Sequence record: ON529852.1
DNA: 64,000 nucleotides
Direction: 5' to 3' (one strand)
In this document: positions 62,274 to 64,000 of the stretch, piece by piece
Position numbering within the stretch: position 1 is the first letter of the stretch
How the letters are laid out: every line of letters starts with the position of its first letter
Notes under the pieces: model-generated
Told to the model about the DNA's origin: nothing
What the model saw: the letters and a program-made list of their open reading frames with translations, nothing else
The model's database searches: none
Position numbers and translations under genes: made by a program

Positions 62274-63070
62274 TCCGGGTCCCGATACGAAACGGCGCCG
62301 TCGGCCGCGATGACGCAGACCTTGCCCAGCGCGGCCTGGGCGGTCATTTTGGCTGCATCGACCTTGGTGACGCCAGGGTGATACTGAAGGGTCGCATCGT
62401 GCTCCGGATGCCAGCGCTCCATCGCCACGGCGCAGCCGACCGCTTCACGCAAGGTTTCGAACGGAGTGTTGGGTGAGCCGTTCTTGGTCCGGAATCCGGC
62501 GACCGAGAACAGCGGCTTGCCGGCGATCGAGGCCGAATGGCAAATGATCGAGGCGATCTTCACATCATCTTCAGGCATGTGGATGTCGAACGTCGGCAGG
62601 GACTTCGAATGGGTCGCGTTCATCACCCGGTATCCTGGGGAGGACGCAACGAGGGCTTCCACTTCCGCCAGCAGAGGTGTGTCCAGCGCGGGCTGGACGG
62701 ACTTGTGCCGGGTTCGCTCCAACTCATTCTTGTACGCGGCAGCCTGCTGCCGCTTGAGGTCAACGGCGTCGCGAAGGGCCTGAATTTGATCTTCGATCTC
62801 ATCCACCTCAACCGTACCCGCGAGTTGTTGGCGGTGAAGGGCCTTGGAATGCTGTAGAAGCGCTGCGCGATATTCGGGCGCGGCCTCATTTGACGCCTGT
62901 TCGCTCAGCGCATCAAGGCCGGCGACTGCGCGTCGGAGTTGCTGCACTCGCTCTTGAGTCTTGAAGAGGCGCAGTTCCAACCTGGCGCTCTCTGCGCGGT
63001 GGTCTCGGATGGCGTACAGAAGGCCGGCGATGTAATCGCTCAGCATGCACGAGGTTTCGTAGGGGCTCAC
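62270..63070 (-). CDS. Coiled-coil hypothetical protein (266 aa)
   Basis: Heptads; AT-richer middle segment. Confidence 0.65.
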   Translation of the reverse strand: MSPYETSCMLSDYIAGLLYAIRDHRAESARLELRLFKTQERVQQLRRAVAGLDALSEQASNEAAPEYRAALLQHSKALHRQQLAGTVEVDEIEDQIQALRDAVDLKRQQAAAYKNELERTRHKSVQPALDTPLLAEVEALVASSPGYRVMNATHSKSLPTFDIHMPEDDVKIASIICHSASIAGKPLFSVAGFRTKNGSPNTPFETLREAVGCAVAMERWHPEHDATLQYHPGVTKVDAAKMTAQAALGKVCVIAADGAVSYRDPE

Positions 63071-63357
63071 TTCGGTTCCCCCTCCAGCGCGACCTTGGTC
63101 AGGCGCGCGAGGTCTTCAGCGCGGAGGCCTGCCGCATTGACGGTGATGGTCGACTTGACCTCGACGGTCTTGTTGTCCTTGGTCGCGACCAGGATCACGC
63201 CGGCCAGGCCCGATCCAACGCCGCAGATCAGTTCGACGTGCTCGGGCTGCACGACGACGCCGAACGCCGCCAGCAGGGCGATGACGCCGAGCCAGGTCGA
63301 GCGCTCAGTGGCTCGGGCGAGGGCCGTGGCCCAGAGGATGTTCCAGTCGATGGTCAT
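63067..63357 (-). CDS. Two-TM holin-like membrane protein
   Basis: ERSTW.G...L..A.G....PE..E.I...G..LAG.I.V.T.D pattern. Confidence 0.5.
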   Translation of the reverse strand: MTIDWNILWATALARATERSTWLGVIALLAAFGVVVQPEHVELICGVGSGLAGVILVATKDNKTVEVKSTITVNAAGLRAEDLARLTKVALEGEPK

Positions 63358-64000
63358 GCGGTGGTTCCGGGTTTGGCGGCGCCCGTCAGCAAGGCGGCGG
63401 CGTTGACCGCCTGGGGCTTGGCCTGGGGCACGCCGAAGCGGATGTGGGAGAGGTCCAGCTTCGGTGCAGCGGGCTCATCCAGGATCGCCAGGACCCTGTC
63501 AGGCGTCATCGGCTCGGGGATCGGGGCCTGGTCCATCTCCGGGTGATAAGCCTGCGTCAGCCGCAGCGCCTGGGTCTCGCGATCCAACGGCCCCTTCGGC
63601 TCATTGATCCCGTAGGGCAGGCCGGCGAGCAGGGGCGCATAGGCGTTGTCGACGTAGAAGCGGGCCAGGCCGGTCGGCAGTTCGACGTCGATCTGGGTGA
63701 AATACTCGCCCGACCCGCAAGCCGCGACCTTGAGGCCGGCGTCCGACGCCAGGCGCGCGTAGGCGATGATCAGATGATCGTAGTCCTCGCGCAACTTCAG
63801 CGCGGCGTCGTTGGCGCCCTTCAGGTCATCCTTCAGGGTGAGGTTTTCCTGGGTGGCGGCCGCCAGGGCGGCTTCGGCGCGCTTGGCCCGTTGCAGGTTC
63901 TCATCCGCTTCCGCCCGAATCTCCTGAGCCGCCTTGGCCTGCGCCTCGTAGGCGCGATCCCGCTGCGCGATCGCGGCGCGGTATTGCTCCGGGGTCAGTT
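63354..64000 (-). CDS. Coiled-coil protein, 5' end outside window
   Basis: Frame is open to the window edge (LTPEQYRAAIAQRDRAYE...). Confidence 0.65.
   Translation of the reverse strand, partial: LTPEQYRAAIAQRDRAYEAQAKAAQEIRAEADENLQRAKRAEAALAAATQENLTLKDDLKGANDAALKLREDYDHLIIAYARLASDAGLKVAACGSGEYFTQIDVELPTGLARFYVDNAYAPLLAGLPYGINEPKGPLDRETQALRLTQAYHPEMDQAPIPEPMTPDRVLAILDEPAAPKLDLSHIRFGVPQAKPQAVNAAALLTGAAKPGTTA

Overview
This is a 64 kb, high-GC segment of a large siphophage genome, almost entirely coded on the minus strand. Gene content and order resemble phiCbK-like phages. The host is probably Caulobacteraceae (GapR and DUF4170 homologs, tRNA-His lacking G-1, Caulobacter-type sigma70 promoters). 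Reading the minus strand from right to left: (1) about 49.9-64 kb, small accessory ORFs (DHH phosphoesterase, HD hydrolase, two HNH nucleases, orphan Phd-like antitoxin, FlbD/SwrD-like pair); (2) scaffold, major capsid and decoration genes; (3) a plus-strand island with a DnaA-box-flanked promoter driving a ~480 nt highly structured ORF-less RNA; (4) a putative head-filament/adhesin module, including a 3019-aa protein with 8 ALK/LTK-type glycine-rich modules; (5) 29 tRNAs, a compact one-piece tmRNA and an odd tRNA-like RNA, interspersed with def, gapR, a metallophosphoesterase and phoH; (6) neck, tail tube, frameshifted chaperones, tape measure and two DUF2460 distal-tail paralogs. Main discovery: each of the two large tRNA arrays sits behind a promoter, a short unannotated leader ORF and an intrinsic terminator. 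The first part of each leader uses almost only codons read by the tRNAs of its own array, and its distal part can form an antiterminator. This looks like ribosome-mediated attenuation that would switch on replacement tRNAs when matching host tRNAs are depleted. All calls were made by eye; no searches or folding programs were run.
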